Of a DNA stretch of 64,000 bases, positions 26,300-35,928 are shown piece by piece. The DNA lies in contig DASTGN010000006.1 of the NCBI GenBank assembly GCA_035719105.1, positions 125,085 through 189,084 of the forward strand. Direction: 5' to 3'. Both the position numbers and the translations under genes were made by a program. Every line of letters begins with the position of its first letter. Position 1 is the stretch's first letter. The DNA is from Bacteroidales bacterium. Lineage in GTDB: Bacteria > Bacteroidota > Bacteroidia > Bacteroidales > UBA1402. The notes under the pieces are model-generated. The model was not told where the DNA came from. It saw nothing but the letters and a program-made list of their open reading frames with translations, and did no database searches.

Positions 26300-28432
26300 A
26301 TGAGTTCAAAGTTTTTTATGGGGCTGGCGCTTTTAGCATGTGTATATAAAGCGACTGCCATTGAGGCCGTTCTTCCCCCCGAGTTTGGACCCCTATCGAC
26401 AAAATCCAACGGTAGGATAGAGTCTGTTGACAGTATGGTTTTGTCACCCGTTAATTTGACCGAAGTGACCGTCCAAGCGTCCAGAAACCTTTCTAGGCTG
26501 ATCGATTTCCCCACTTCGGTGACCGTCCTGCAATCCAATCAGATAGAAAGAAACGATATTCGTAGTCTAAAAGATGCGGCGTCACTGATACCCAACATGG
26601 TCATGCCAGATTACGGATCGAGATTGACTTCGCCCATCTATATTCGGGGAGTCGGTTCACGTATTAATGCTCCTTCGGTGGGTCTGTATGTAGACAACGT
26701 ACCATATTTCGAAAAGTCGGCTTTTGATTTTGATTTCATCGATATGGATAAGGTGGAGGTCTTGCGTGGTCCGCAGGGAACCTTGTACGGCCGGAACAGC
26801 ATGGGAGGCGTGATCAATATCATTACCCGCTCTCCAATGCAGTATCAGGGCACCCAGTTGTATTGTTCCGCTGCAGGTTACGGCACCATGCAGCTGAAAG
26901 CAGGTCATTATGCAAAACCGTCGGAATCGTTTGCTTGGTCGCTTTCGGCAAATTATCGGCATACCGATGGCTTTTTTGAGAATACCTTTGATAGTAGCCG
27001 AATTGACCATTCGAACTCCTTTGGATTAAACTCCAGGCTGATTTATGCTATTTCACGTCGGTTATCACTGGAATACTCGGCTGGACTCGATATCAGCCAG
27101 CAGGGAGGTTATCCATACGCCTTGTATGACCCCATCCTCCAAAAGACTGCCAACATTAACTACAATCAAGCTAGTTCGTACCACAGAACGCTATTTTCCA
27201 ATGCTCTGAAGCTTACCTACGAAGGAAAGGATTGGGAACTATTCAACACTGTTTCCAGTCAATATCTTGATGATGCCCAGCGAATCGACCAGGACTTTAC
27301 ACCCGATTCCCTTTATTTCGTCAATCAAATGCAGTTACAACGCATGTTGGCGGATGAATGTACCGTTCGTTCGAAAGGAAATCGGCGAATGAACTGGCTG
27401 GCCGGCACGTTTGTGTTCACCCATCGTCTAGGCAGTGACGTAGATGTCGATACGTATAAATCCCAATTGCATTATCTGAAAGGCTATCAACAGAATATTA
27501 GCGGTCTGGCGATTTTTGGTCAGGCTACTTTTAATGTCACTAAGCAGTTTGCGGTCACGGCAGGCCTCCGATTCGACGAAGAGTCCTCAAACCTGCATTA
27601 TCGCTATGAAGGCACACGAAAAGGGAAGCCGCTGGCATCCATCGATACGGTGTATGCGAGGTTGAGTGAGGTGAATCTTTTACCCAAACTCGCTCTAAGC
27701 TATAAGCTAGACAAACACCTGTTGTATGTCTCTTATACCACTGGATACAAGCCGGGTGGTTTTAATTCGACGTTTGAGAAGCCCGAACAACTGCAGTTCC
27801 GAAGCGAAACCAGCCATAACTTTGAGACTGGCGCTAAGGGGAATTTTTTTAGTGACAGGCTTTTCATAGATGCATCCCTGTTTTACACCCAACTGCTGAA
27901 TCAGCAGATTTACCGCACCGCTCCCAGTGGAAAGGGATCTTACCTGGATAACGCCGGCCTCTCGGTGAACAAAGGTTTCGAGTGCAGCCTAAGCAGTCTG
28001 CCCTGGAAAGGGATGGAGGCTTCGGTGGCCTACGGATTCACGGATTCACGCATTGTGCGATACGTTAAGGACACACTGACCAACTACAACGGAAAGTTCA
28101 CCCCGTATATTCCCGCATCGACTCTATCTGTCCAACTGAACCAAACCGTTCCGGTGAGGGGACTTCCGTATTTGGACAAAATCCGCTTAAATCTGCTTTA
28201 TCAGCGGACCGGCCAGCAGTACTGGGATCTGATGAATGTTTACAAGGAAAAAGCATATAGTTTGGTGAATGCCAAATTATCGTTCATCCGAAAGAACGTG
28301 AAAGTGGAATTCTGGGGGAAGAACCTGTTCAATACGTCGTACAAGTCTTTCCTCTTCGAGGCGTTGAACAAGACCTACGCCCAGGTAGGCAAACCTTTTC
28401 AGGCCGGTATGAACCTTTCACTGGAGTGGTAG
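26300..28432 (+). CDS. TonB-dependent outer membrane receptor
   Basis: It has a signal peptide, plug-domain motifs (IPNMVMPDYGSRLTSPIYIRGVGSR, VEVLRGPQGTLYGRNSMGGVINIIT), a 22-strand-type barrel region, and a C-terminal ...GMNLSLEW. Confidence 0.9.
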   Translation: MSSKFFMGLALLACVYKATAIEAVLPPEFGPLSTKSNGRIESVDSMVLSPVNLTEVTVQASRNLSRLIDFPTSVTVLQSNQIERNDIRSLKDAASLIPNMVMPDYGSRLTSPIYIRGVGSRINAPSVGLYVDNVPYFEKSAFDFDFIDMDKVEVLRGPQGTLYGRNSMGGVINIITRSPMQYQGTQLYCSAAGYGTMQLKAGHYAKPSESFAWSLSANYRHTDGFFENTFDSSRIDHSNSFGLNSRLIYAISRRLSLEYSAGLDISQQGGYPYALYDPILQKTANINYNQASSYHRTLFSNALKLTYEGKDWELFNTVSSQYLDDAQRIDQDFTPDSLYFVNQMQLQRMLADECTVRSKGNRRMNWLAGTFVFTHRLGSDVDVDTYKSQLHYLKGYQQNISGLAIFGQATFNVTKQFAVTAGLRFDEESSNLHYRYEGTRKGKPLASIDTVYARLSEVNLLPKLALSYKLDKHLLYVSYTTGYKPGGFNSTFEKPEQLQFRSETSHNFETGAKGNFFSDRLFIDASLFYTQLLNQQIYRTAPSGKGSYLDNAGLSVNKGFECSLSSLPWKGMEASVAYGFTDSRIVRYVKDTLTNYNGKFTPYIPASTLSVQLNQTVPVRGLPYLDKIRLNLLYQRTGQQYWDLMNVYKEKAYSLVNAKLSFIRKNVKVEFWGKNLFNTSYKSFLFEALNKTYAQVGKPFQAGMNLSLEW

Positions 28433-29659
28433 ATGAAGGCAATTATTGATAAAAACTGGACCAAGTTCCCGGTCTTATTCAGCCTGTACATTGCGCAATC
28501 TGTGCCAATGAGTTTTTTCTCCACGGTGGTGCCCATCATAATGCGCCAGGGGCATTATTCACTCGAATCCATTGGTCTGCTTCAGCTCGTCAAGTTACCT
28601 TGGATCCTAAAGTTTCTATTGGGTCCGCTGGTGGACAATACGGCACGGAACATGAAAGGAATCAGGAAGTGGGTGTTGTTTTCGGAGCTCTTTTATGCGC
28701 TGATCATCCTTGGCATAGGCTTCCTGCATCTACAGACGGATTTCAAACTGATCATCTTTTTGGTTATACTGGCGTTCATTGCATCGGCCAGTCAGGACAT
28801 TGCGACGGACATCTTTGCCATCCGGATCCTTCGAAAAAGCGAGCGGGGCTTCGGAAATACCATGCAATCCGGCGGGAGCTTTGTCGGTAGTCTCCTGGGT
28901 ACAGGCGTTCTGCTGTTGCTCTACCAGTATGTGGGCTGGGCGGTACTTATGGCATTATTGGCCGTCTTCGTGCTGTTGGCTGTACTGCCGCTTTTGACCT
29001 ACCAGGCAGGTGGACAACTGGAATCCGTTGATCACGGCAAGGCCAGTTTGAAGGATATCCTGCTGTTCTTTCGGGAAAAAAGCAACCTGAAACGACTTCC
29101 GTTGCTGATTTTCTTTTATTCGGGCATCATTGGCATGCTGGCAATGCTCAAACCCTTTATGGTCGATTTAGGATACGATCTTGGTCAGATCGGTTTCCTC
29201 TCTGGCATAATGGGAACTTCAGTGGCAGCCGGATCGACCATCTTGGCAGGATACCTGATCAAGCGTTTGGGTATTCGAACCTCTTTCCATTTGTTTTCCG
29301 TCATCAGTATTTTGGTGGCGGTCTATTTCCTGTATCTGGAAAATACAAAGCCTGGATTTACAGCACTCTGCTTGGGTATTTGTCTCTTGTGGGGTTCCTA
29401 TGGTTTGTCAACGGTCGTTATTTACACCTCCTCGATGAATGCTGTTCGAAAAGGACGTGAGGGAACTGATTTTACGGTGCAGATCGTTATAACACACCTA
29501 AGCAGTATGTTGCTGACCATCTTATGCGGCAAGCTGGGTGACCGCTTCGGTTACGCCGGCTTGTTCACCACCGAGATATTTTTCGGTATCTTCGCCTGGA
29601 TATTGGTGTATTTCAATTTCCCATTCCATCGTAATAGAGTAAGAAATCATGAAAATTGA
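28433..29659 (+). CDS. MFS permease, AmpG/PAT-like
   Basis: It has about 12 TM segments. The N-terminal pattern LYIAQSVPMSFF...IGLLQLVKLPWILKFLLGPLVDN resembles the AmpG/PAT-family signature (LP...KFLW.P.VD). Its ATG directly abuts the receptor stop codon. Confidence 0.75.
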   Translation: MKAIIDKNWTKFPVLFSLYIAQSVPMSFFSTVVPIIMRQGHYSLESIGLLQLVKLPWILKFLLGPLVDNTARNMKGIRKWVLFSELFYALIILGIGFLHLQTDFKLIIFLVILAFIASASQDIATDIFAIRILRKSERGFGNTMQSGGSFVGSLLGTGVLLLLYQYVGWAVLMALLAVFVLLAVLPLLTYQAGGQLESVDHGKASLKDILLFFREKSNLKRLPLLIFFYSGIIGMLAMLKPFMVDLGYDLGQIGFLSGIMGTSVAAGSTILAGYLIKRLGIRTSFHLFSVISILVAVYFLYLENTKPGFTALCLGICLLWGSYGLSTVVIYTSSMNAVRKGREGTDFTVQIVITHLSSMLLTILCGKLGDRFGYAGLFTTEIFFGIFAWILVYFNFPFHRNRVRNHEN

Positions 29660-31028
29660 CCACTGGATTCTGCAGAAATACAATGTCCCTGTACCCCGAT
29701 ACACCAGTTATCCGACGGCCGACCAATTCAGGGCAGGGATGACTGAGAAGTCTTTCATACAATTGGTTGGGGCTTCTAATCAGCACGAACCCAAATATTT
29801 GTCTTTTTATGTGCACATTCCTTTTTGTGCCAAAATCTGTCATTATTGTGGTTGCAATGCCCTACGGCTACAAAACCCAGAACGTGTCATCGCCTATAAG
29901 AATGCCTTGCTGAAGGAAATCGAACAGGTCACGTCTTTGATTGATCCGGACAGAAAGATCGCACAAATCCATTTTGGGGGTGGAACACCCAATGCCGTGG
30001 AGGTGGGCTTCATACGAGAAATTGTGGATGCTTTGCGGAAACGTTTCTCGGTGGTTGACGAACCGGAATTCGCCATCGAATGCCATCCAGGTTTGTTGGA
30101 CTTCCCCTATATCGACCAATTACTAGATATCGGTTTTAACCGGTTCAGCCTTGGTATACAGGACTTCAATACAGAAGTGTTGAAGACGGTTAACCGAATG
30201 CCTTCCAAAATACCTTTAGAAGAATTGATAACGTATTTTCGGAAGCGTAATCCCAAGGTATCGGTGAATCTTGATTTCATGTACGGCTTGCCCGGACAGA
30301 CCGTGGAAAGTTTTGGTGAAACCATCCGACAGGCTGTTCGAATCGCTCCCGACCGGCTTGTGACCTTTTCCTATGCACATGTTCCGTGGCTCAAGAAGCA
30401 TCAGCAGGTATTGGAGCGGGTAGGACTGCCATCGACGGACGAAAAGACGGAGATGTTTCTGACTTCTAGAGAAATCTTGATCGAAAGCGGCCTCATTCCC
30501 ATAGGGCTGGACCATTATGTACAGCCTGGTGATGAATTGCACATGGCCTTGCAGGAGGGGCAGCTCCACCGAAATTTCCAAGGGTACTGCACACGAAAGA
30601 CCACTGGGCAGGTCTACGCTTTCGGAGTGTCTGCCATCAGCCAGCTTCAGTTTGCCTACCTGCAAAACGTCAAGGAGGTTGATCGCTACATCGGTTTACT
30701 GGAACAAGGTTTGTTTCCGGTAGAAAAGGGATTGACGATTTCCCACGATGAGTGGTTGGTAAAGGAAATCATCACCAACCTAATGTGCAGCGGTCGGCTG
30801 AATTTAAGGCAATTTGCAACGGAACACGGGCTGACCGTGGAAGAATTCATAGCTTTAACCGATGTTTCTTTCGATGAACTAACCGCATTCGTTCAAGATG
30901 GACTGATCGAATTCAGTGATCTAAACCTGACGGTGACTGCTTTAGGCTCCCTTTTCATCCGTAACGTTGCGGCAGTGTTCGATCCGGCATACCGGCCGCA
31001 AACCAACCGATTCTCCACCTCTATTTGA
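29649..31028 (+). CDS. hemN: Oxygen-independent coproporphyrinogen III oxidase (radical SAM)
   Basis: It has PRYTSYPT, the CxxxCxxC cluster (HIPFCAKICHYCGC) and GGGTP. Length is 459 aa with a HemN C-terminal domain. It overlaps the MFS gene by 11 nt. Confidence 0.9.
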   Translation: MKIDHWILQKYNVPVPRYTSYPTADQFRAGMTEKSFIQLVGASNQHEPKYLSFYVHIPFCAKICHYCGCNALRLQNPERVIAYKNALLKEIEQVTSLIDPDRKIAQIHFGGGTPNAVEVGFIREIVDALRKRFSVVDEPEFAIECHPGLLDFPYIDQLLDIGFNRFSLGIQDFNTEVLKTVNRMPSKIPLEELITYFRKRNPKVSVNLDFMYGLPGQTVESFGETIRQAVRIAPDRLVTFSYAHVPWLKKHQQVLERVGLPSTDEKTEMFLTSREILIESGLIPIGLDHYVQPGDELHMALQEGQLHRNFQGYCTRKTTGQVYAFGVSAISQLQFAYLQNVKEVDRYIGLLEQGLFPVEKGLTISHDEWLVKEIITNLMCSGRLNLRQFATEHGLTVEEFIALTDVSFDELTAFVQDGLIEFSDLNLTVTALGSLFIRNVAAVFDPAYRPQTNRFSTSI

Positions 31029-31033
31029 AACCT

Positions 31034-32425
31034 ATGGAAATGCAAAAAGTCGATGTGACCGTTGTGGGAGCAGGTCTGACTGGCCTTACCACGGCCTATT
31101 ATCTGAACCGTTCGGGTATGAGTGTCTGCTTGTTAGAACAAAGAAGCGAAACTGGCGGTGTGATCAAAACCCATAACGAGCAGGGATTTGTATTTGAGGC
31201 GGGTCCCAATACTGGGGTCTTATCCAGTACCGAACTGGTTGAACTTTTTGACAACTTGAACCACAGGGTCAAGCTTGAAACCGCCTGTTCTTTTGCCAAA
31301 GCCCGTTGGGTATGGAAAAATAGAAACTGGAACGCCTTGCCATCTGGATTGTATTCAGCCGTCACCACGCCTCTTTTTTCCTTTTGGGATAAGATTCGAA
31401 TTCTGGGGGAACCCTTTCGAAAGCCTTCCGACAACCAAGACGAAACCGTCTCGGAAATGGTGAAACGAAGGTTGGGAAAATCATTTCTCGATTATGCGGT
31501 CGATCCATTCATATCTGGGATTTATGCTGGCGATCCAGAAAGTTTGTCGGTGCGTTTCGCTCTGCCTAAACTGTATCGTCTGGAGCAGGAATACGGTAGT
31601 TTCATTAAAGGTTCCATTGAAAAGGCTAAAGAACCGAAGACTGCTCTTCAGAAAAGGGTGACCAAGGAGGTATTTTCCGTAGAAGGCGGTTTGCAGCGTC
31701 TGGTCGATGCTCTAGCCGATGAAATTGGCCAGAAAAACGTGCATACGAATTGTTCTTCGGTAGCGGTAGAAGCCCTAGCCGATGGTTTTGCCACTACCTT
31801 CGTCCATTCAAGCGGTGAACAGGTTCGGGTGTATTCCGACAAGGTCGTTTCTACCATCGGAGGAACAGGACTGGACCAATTGTTGCCTTTTCTGACGTCC
31901 GGTGAAAAGAACGTTCTAACCAGTATCCCGTATGCCAAGGTCGTACAAGTGGTGGCCTGTTTCCGTTCATGGCAAGGAATACCGCTTCGGGCATTCGGTG
32001 GATTGATTCCCTCTAAGGAAAACCGAAAGGTACTGGGCATCCTGTTTCCGTCGGCCATATTTCAAAATAGGGCTCCAGAAGGGGGTGCTGTCTTGTCCGT
32101 TTTTATGGGAGGTATCAAAAAGCCTGAATTTCTTGAAAAGTCGGACGAGGAATTGAAATCCATAGCTCTCTCAGAAATCCGTGAAACCTTGAAATGTTCT
32201 ACTACACCTGAACTGATCAGGGTGTTCCGCTACGCGCATGCCATTCCTCAGTACCAAAAGGAGATGGAAGTTCGCCTACAAGTCATCGAAGACGTACAAA
32301 ATCGCTATCCAGGCCTATTCGTAGCTGGAAACTTGCGGGATGGCATTGGCATGTCTGATCGAGTCCGTCAGGGGAGATTGCTGGCAGACAGGATATTGGA
32401 AGAAAAGGCAAGGGGAACGATATGA
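31034..32425 (+). CDS. hemY: Protoporphyrinogen oxidase, HemY-type (FAD-dependent)
   Basis: It has the dinucleotide-binding motif VTVVGAGLTGLTTAYYL...LLEQRSETGG and the C-terminal motif GLFVAGNLRDGIGMSD. I prefer the ATG at 31034; a TTG at 31025 is the alternative. Confidence 0.85.
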   Translation: MEMQKVDVTVVGAGLTGLTTAYYLNRSGMSVCLLEQRSETGGVIKTHNEQGFVFEAGPNTGVLSSTELVELFDNLNHRVKLETACSFAKARWVWKNRNWNALPSGLYSAVTTPLFSFWDKIRILGEPFRKPSDNQDETVSEMVKRRLGKSFLDYAVDPFISGIYAGDPESLSVRFALPKLYRLEQEYGSFIKGSIEKAKEPKTALQKRVTKEVFSVEGGLQRLVDALADEIGQKNVHTNCSSVAVEALADGFATTFVHSSGEQVRVYSDKVVSTIGGTGLDQLLPFLTSGEKNVLTSIPYAKVVQVVACFRSWQGIPLRAFGGLIPSKENRKVLGILFPSAIFQNRAPEGGAVLSVFMGGIKKPEFLEKSDEELKSIALSEIRETLKCSTTPELIRVFRYAHAIPQYQKEMEVRLQVIEDVQNRYPGLFVAGNLRDGIGMSDRVRQGRLLADRILEEKARGTI

Positions 32426-33462
32426 TCGAAACAGCACGCAAAGCATTACTACTGGTCAATCTGGGTACTCCCGAAAAACCTGAGAAAAGGGCCGTCCGAC
32501 GGTATTTGTCCGAATTCTTGGGTGACAGGCGGGTGATCGATTTGCCTTGGTTGTTCCGTAAAGCGCTGGTTCATCTGGTCATACTGCCTTTTCGAACGGG
32601 AGCTTCAACCCGAAGATATCAGAAACTTTGGGGTAATGAAGGGTCACCACTGCTGGTGCATCTGGAACGTCTGGCCGTCAAACTACAAATCAAACTATAC
32701 GGTGAATACACTGTAATTCCTGCCATGCGTTATGGAAAGCCCTCTCTGGTGGAGGCTCTGTCTAGGCTGGAAAAAGCTTCTTTTGAGGAAATTTGCGTTT
32801 TACCACTATTCCCTCAATACGCTTCGTCCACCTCTGGTTCCATCGTAGAGATGGTGCTTGGGACAATTCGTTCATGGAAGGTTGTGCCGAATTTCCGTCT
32901 CATCACTAGCTTCCATAACCGACCCGAGTTTATCGAGGCCTTCGCTGCGCAGGTGGAACTTCAGAAACCACACACGTTCGACCATGTGCTTTTTTCCTAT
33001 CACGGTCTCCCGTATCGGCATTTAACCAAACAGAATCCGGACATGGATTGTCGAATCTGTGACTGTAGCAGTTCGAAACCTTCCTGCGGAGCTTTATGTT
33101 ACAAATCGGCCTGTTATGAGACGACCCGTCTGCTCGCCCAAAAGCTTGGACTCTCTGAGGCCGATTACTCCGTTGGGTTTCAGTCCAGACTATCAAAAAA
33201 CTGGATGTCTCCTTTTTCAGATGAACGGATTGTTCAACTGGCACGGAATCAGGTGGAAAAGGTCTTGGTCGTAACACCTTCCTTTGTGGCCGATTGTCTG
33301 GAAACCTTGGTTGAGGTGGAGGACGAGTACCGGCAGCTGTTTCTTGATAACGGTGGCAAACAACTGGTGCTGGTGCAAAGCCTTAACGATACGGATCAAT
33401 GGGTTGAAGCCCTGTCTGTTATGATTAGAGAATCAAATCCAGCAACTTTGGCAGTAAGATAA
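32422..33462 (+). CDS. hemH: Ferrochelatase
   Basis: LLLVNLGTPEKP, PLFPQYASSTSGS and SYHGLP are present, as is the C-terminal acidic motif PSFVADCLETLVE. It shares an ATGA overlap with hemY. Confidence 0.92.
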   Translation: MIETARKALLLVNLGTPEKPEKRAVRRYLSEFLGDRRVIDLPWLFRKALVHLVILPFRTGASTRRYQKLWGNEGSPLLVHLERLAVKLQIKLYGEYTVIPAMRYGKPSLVEALSRLEKASFEEICVLPLFPQYASSTSGSIVEMVLGTIRSWKVVPNFRLITSFHNRPEFIEAFAAQVELQKPHTFDHVLFSYHGLPYRHLTKQNPDMDCRICDCSSSKPSCGALCYKSACYETTRLLAQKLGLSEADYSVGFQSRLSKNWMSPFSDERIVQLARNQVEKVLVVTPSFVADCLETLVEVEDEYRQLFLDNGGKQLVLVQSLNDTDQWVEALSVMIRESNPATLAVR

Positions 33463-33808
33463 TTACGCCGCAAACTGCGGACATCAACGCACAAAACAGC
33501 ACGGCGCCGGCAGCAATGTCTTTGGCAAGTCGTGCTGTTTCGTGTTTATGGGGAAACAGGTGATCCACTAATTTTTCGATGACTGTATTGAACGATTCGG
33601 CAGCGAAAACCAAACCGATGCAAAGGGCAATGATGCACCATTCTGCGGCGGAAATATGGAGCAAGAAGCCTGCTAAAATCACTCCAATGCTGATGAATAG
33701 GTGAACTTGAGCGTTTTGTTCGTGCTTGATCAGTTCCTTCATCCCTGTTAAAGCGAAACCAAAACTGCGGAAGAATTTTTTTAGACTGAACTTATTCGAA
33801 TTTTCCAT
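33425..33808 (-). CDS. dgkA: Diacylglycerol kinase (prokaryotic DgkA family)
   Basis: The 127-aa protein has 3 TM segments, with motifs EQNAQVHL, SAAEW, AAESFNTVIEKLVD and AKDIAAGAVL. Confidence 0.8.
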   Translation of the reverse strand: MENSNKFSLKKFFRSFGFALTGMKELIKHEQNAQVHLFISIGVILAGFLLHISAAEWCIIALCIGLVFAAESFNTVIEKLVDHLFPHKHETARLAKDIAAGAVLFCALMSAVCGVIILLPKLLDLIL

Positions 33809-34400
33809 GTTTTAAGTTTTGTTTGGATTGATACCATTGATTTGCTTTATGCGCTAGCCAGGCTGAACCTGCTCCGAGTAGGGCTCCGGCCATTACGTCA
33901 CTCGGGTAATGTACACCTAAATATATACGGGAATAACCTACTGAACCTGCCCAAATAAAACTGGGGGCGATGACGTACCATTTCGGATACATCAAGCTCA
34001 ACGAGGTGGCCGTTGCAAAAGAAGAGGATGTGTGGCCCGAAGGGAAAGATGGACTTCCTTCCGAGGATTTTGGCATAATGTCCGGATAGGTAATATAAGG
34101 TCGCTTTCTGTTGATACTGTATTTGAGCAAGTAGGTCATGCCAAGATTCAAGGCAGAAGCTGCACCGAGTTCAATCGTTTGATTCAACAACTCGTCGTTA
34201 TGAGTGATCAGGGCTGTAGCGCCCATTGCCAAGGGCGCCCCGGCAACGACGAATGTATGGGTGTCCGAAATGAACTGAAAGATTGGATCCGCGGGCAACG
34301 GTTCGGAAGTATGGATGCTGCGAAGTATCTGCACATCAATGTTCTGAGCCTGCGTTGAACAGGTTAGCAGCAAAAAAGAAAGCAAAAGGATTCGGAACAT
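33792..34400 (-). CDS. PAP2-family phosphatase (undecaprenyl/lipid phosphate phosphatase-like)
   Basis: The three PAP2 motifs are present: KYSINRKRP, SFPSGHTS, and SRIYLGVHYPSDV. Confidence 0.85.
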   Translation of the reverse strand: MFRILLLSFLLLTCSTQAQNIDVQILRSIHTSEPLPADPIFQFISDTHTFVVAGAPLAMGATALITHNDELLNQTIELGAASALNLGMTYLLKYSINRKRPYITYPDIMPKSSEGSPSFPSGHTSSSFATATSLSLMYPKWYVIAPSFIWAGSVGYSRIYLGVHYPSDVMAGALLGAGSAWLAHKANQWYQSKQNLKHGKFE

Positions 34401-34499
34401 ATCAAATTCGTTTCGTACAAAGTTACGACTTGTTTATCAATATTTATCCGAAGATGTGCGTTGTCACCGGAAAATGGTTTAGTATATTTACGGATATTT

Positions 34500-34507
34500 T
34501 AGATTTG
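34500..34507 (+). promoter_or_regulatory. Candidate TAnnTTTG -7 box only 8 nt upstream of the corA ATG
   Basis: tagatttg (34500-34507); the ATG is at 34516. This is a motif match only. Confidence 0.25.
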
Positions 34508-34515
34508 CGAAAACC

Positions 34516-35595
34516 ATGGACATGAAAAAAACTGCAACATCCAAAAAGAGCCTTCCACGTAATCGTCGGAACAACCTGCTTTACGGTGGTTTGAATTACA
34601 ATGGAAACTTTACACATGCCACCAACATTCAATTGACCAGTTACGACGCCCAAAGCTCCGAAACCATCGTGGTACACGACCTGAAAGAGTTGAAAATGAA
34701 ACCCGGAAAAACGAACTGGGTTCATATTTTTGGGCTGTCGGACGAAATGGAAATTGCCAACCTTTGTCAAAAATTGGGTTTGGAATTGCCTATGGTTCAG
34801 GATATTCTTAATGCCAGGCACATTGCAAAGCTGGAGGAAACGGGAAAAGGGCTGTTTGCTGTTTTGGACGCCTATACGTATAATGAAACCAAGGATATGG
34901 TTCGCGATCACCAAAGCATCATCCTGGGTTCAGACATTGTCGTTTCCTTTGAAGAAGGTACCGGACACCGATTCGATCTTGTTTGCAAAGCCATTACAGA
35001 AGGCGTGGGGCAAGTTCGGCAACATGGAGCTGATTTCCTGTTCAATCTTTTGTTGAGTTTGGTGGTTGATTCCTATTACGATGCCTTGGAATACCAACAG
35101 AGCAACTTATTGGATATGGAAGATGACTTAATGGAATTTCAGGCCGGTCATAAGGAAACCGGACAAACCATACAACATTTCAGACGAGATCATATCCGTC
35201 TTTTAAAAGCTGTTTCGCCCTTGCACGAAGCGTTTGGGCATTTTTTGATGCTCGATTCAGCCTTGATCAAACCAGAATCTAAAATATTCTTCAGAGATAC
35301 CTACGATCATTTGCGGCAGGTGATGTCCATGTTGGATGCTAACCGGGAAACTCTTTCAGCGTTGATGGATTTGTACATCGCGAACAACGACTTACGGATG
35401 AATCTTATCATGAAGCAGCTTACGGTGGTGGCTACCATTTTTATACCGCTTACTTTTTTGGTGGGTGTCTGGGGCATGAATTTCAAAAACATGCCTGAAC
35501 TGCATTTGGTCCATGGATATTGGTACGCCTGGATACTGATGATCCTCATTGGTATAGGCTTATATTTGTGGTTTCGACGGAAATACAAGCCTTGA
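34516..35595 (+). CDS. corA: CorA-family magnesium/cobalt transporter
   Basis: There are two C-terminal TM helices with the GMNF signature (FLVGVWGMNFKNMPE). Length is 359 aa. Confidence 0.9.
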   Translation: MDMKKTATSKKSLPRNRRNNLLYGGLNYNGNFTHATNIQLTSYDAQSSETIVVHDLKELKMKPGKTNWVHIFGLSDEMEIANLCQKLGLELPMVQDILNARHIAKLEETGKGLFAVLDAYTYNETKDMVRDHQSIILGSDIVVSFEEGTGHRFDLVCKAITEGVGQVRQHGADFLFNLLLSLVVDSYYDALEYQQSNLLDMEDDLMEFQAGHKETGQTIQHFRRDHIRLLKAVSPLHEAFGHFLMLDSALIKPESKIFFRDTYDHLRQVMSMLDANRETLSALMDLYIANNDLRMNLIMKQLTVVATIFIPLTFLVGVWGMNFKNMPELHLVHGYWYAWILMILIGIGLYLWFRRKYKP

Positions 35596-35895
35596 AATCT
35601 TTTATTTCAAACTTAGTTGCTTGTGTTCTGTTTATTCGAAATTCTGACATTGTAAGTGCCTGCTGCGCAAACTGTAAAGTCAAGGGTTGTTTTTTTTGTC
35701 AAGCGTTCCTGCAATTCGCCCTGCAGGCCTGTTTGTTTTTCTAGAATCGGTATTCCTCCTGTCTAGATGTTTGGACTTTCCGACCGACTATCTGTTAGTG
35801 TTTTTTCATAATTTCTAAAATAAAGTGAGCGAACTAGATCCTATTATAAGCTAGCCGGTCGGCGCACCAAGTTGGTCCATCCCGCATCGGGAACC

Positions 35896-35928
35896 GCCTG
35901 CTCTCGGTGAGCGACAACGGCTTTGTGA
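35896..35928 (+). repeat. 33-bp direct repeat, copy 1 (Rhs core sequence encoding LLSVSDNGFV)
   Basis: gcctgctctcggtgagcgacaacggctttgtga recurs at 37675-37707 with one mismatch (c/t). Confidence 0.9.

Noticed and set aside
33425-33462. A 38-nt convergent overlap between the hemH 3' end and the dgkA 3' end.
   Set aside because: It is real in the ORF track but probably trivial. Both C-terminal tails are poorly conserved regions, and the overlap could equally reflect natural tail extension. I see no evidence of antisense regulation.
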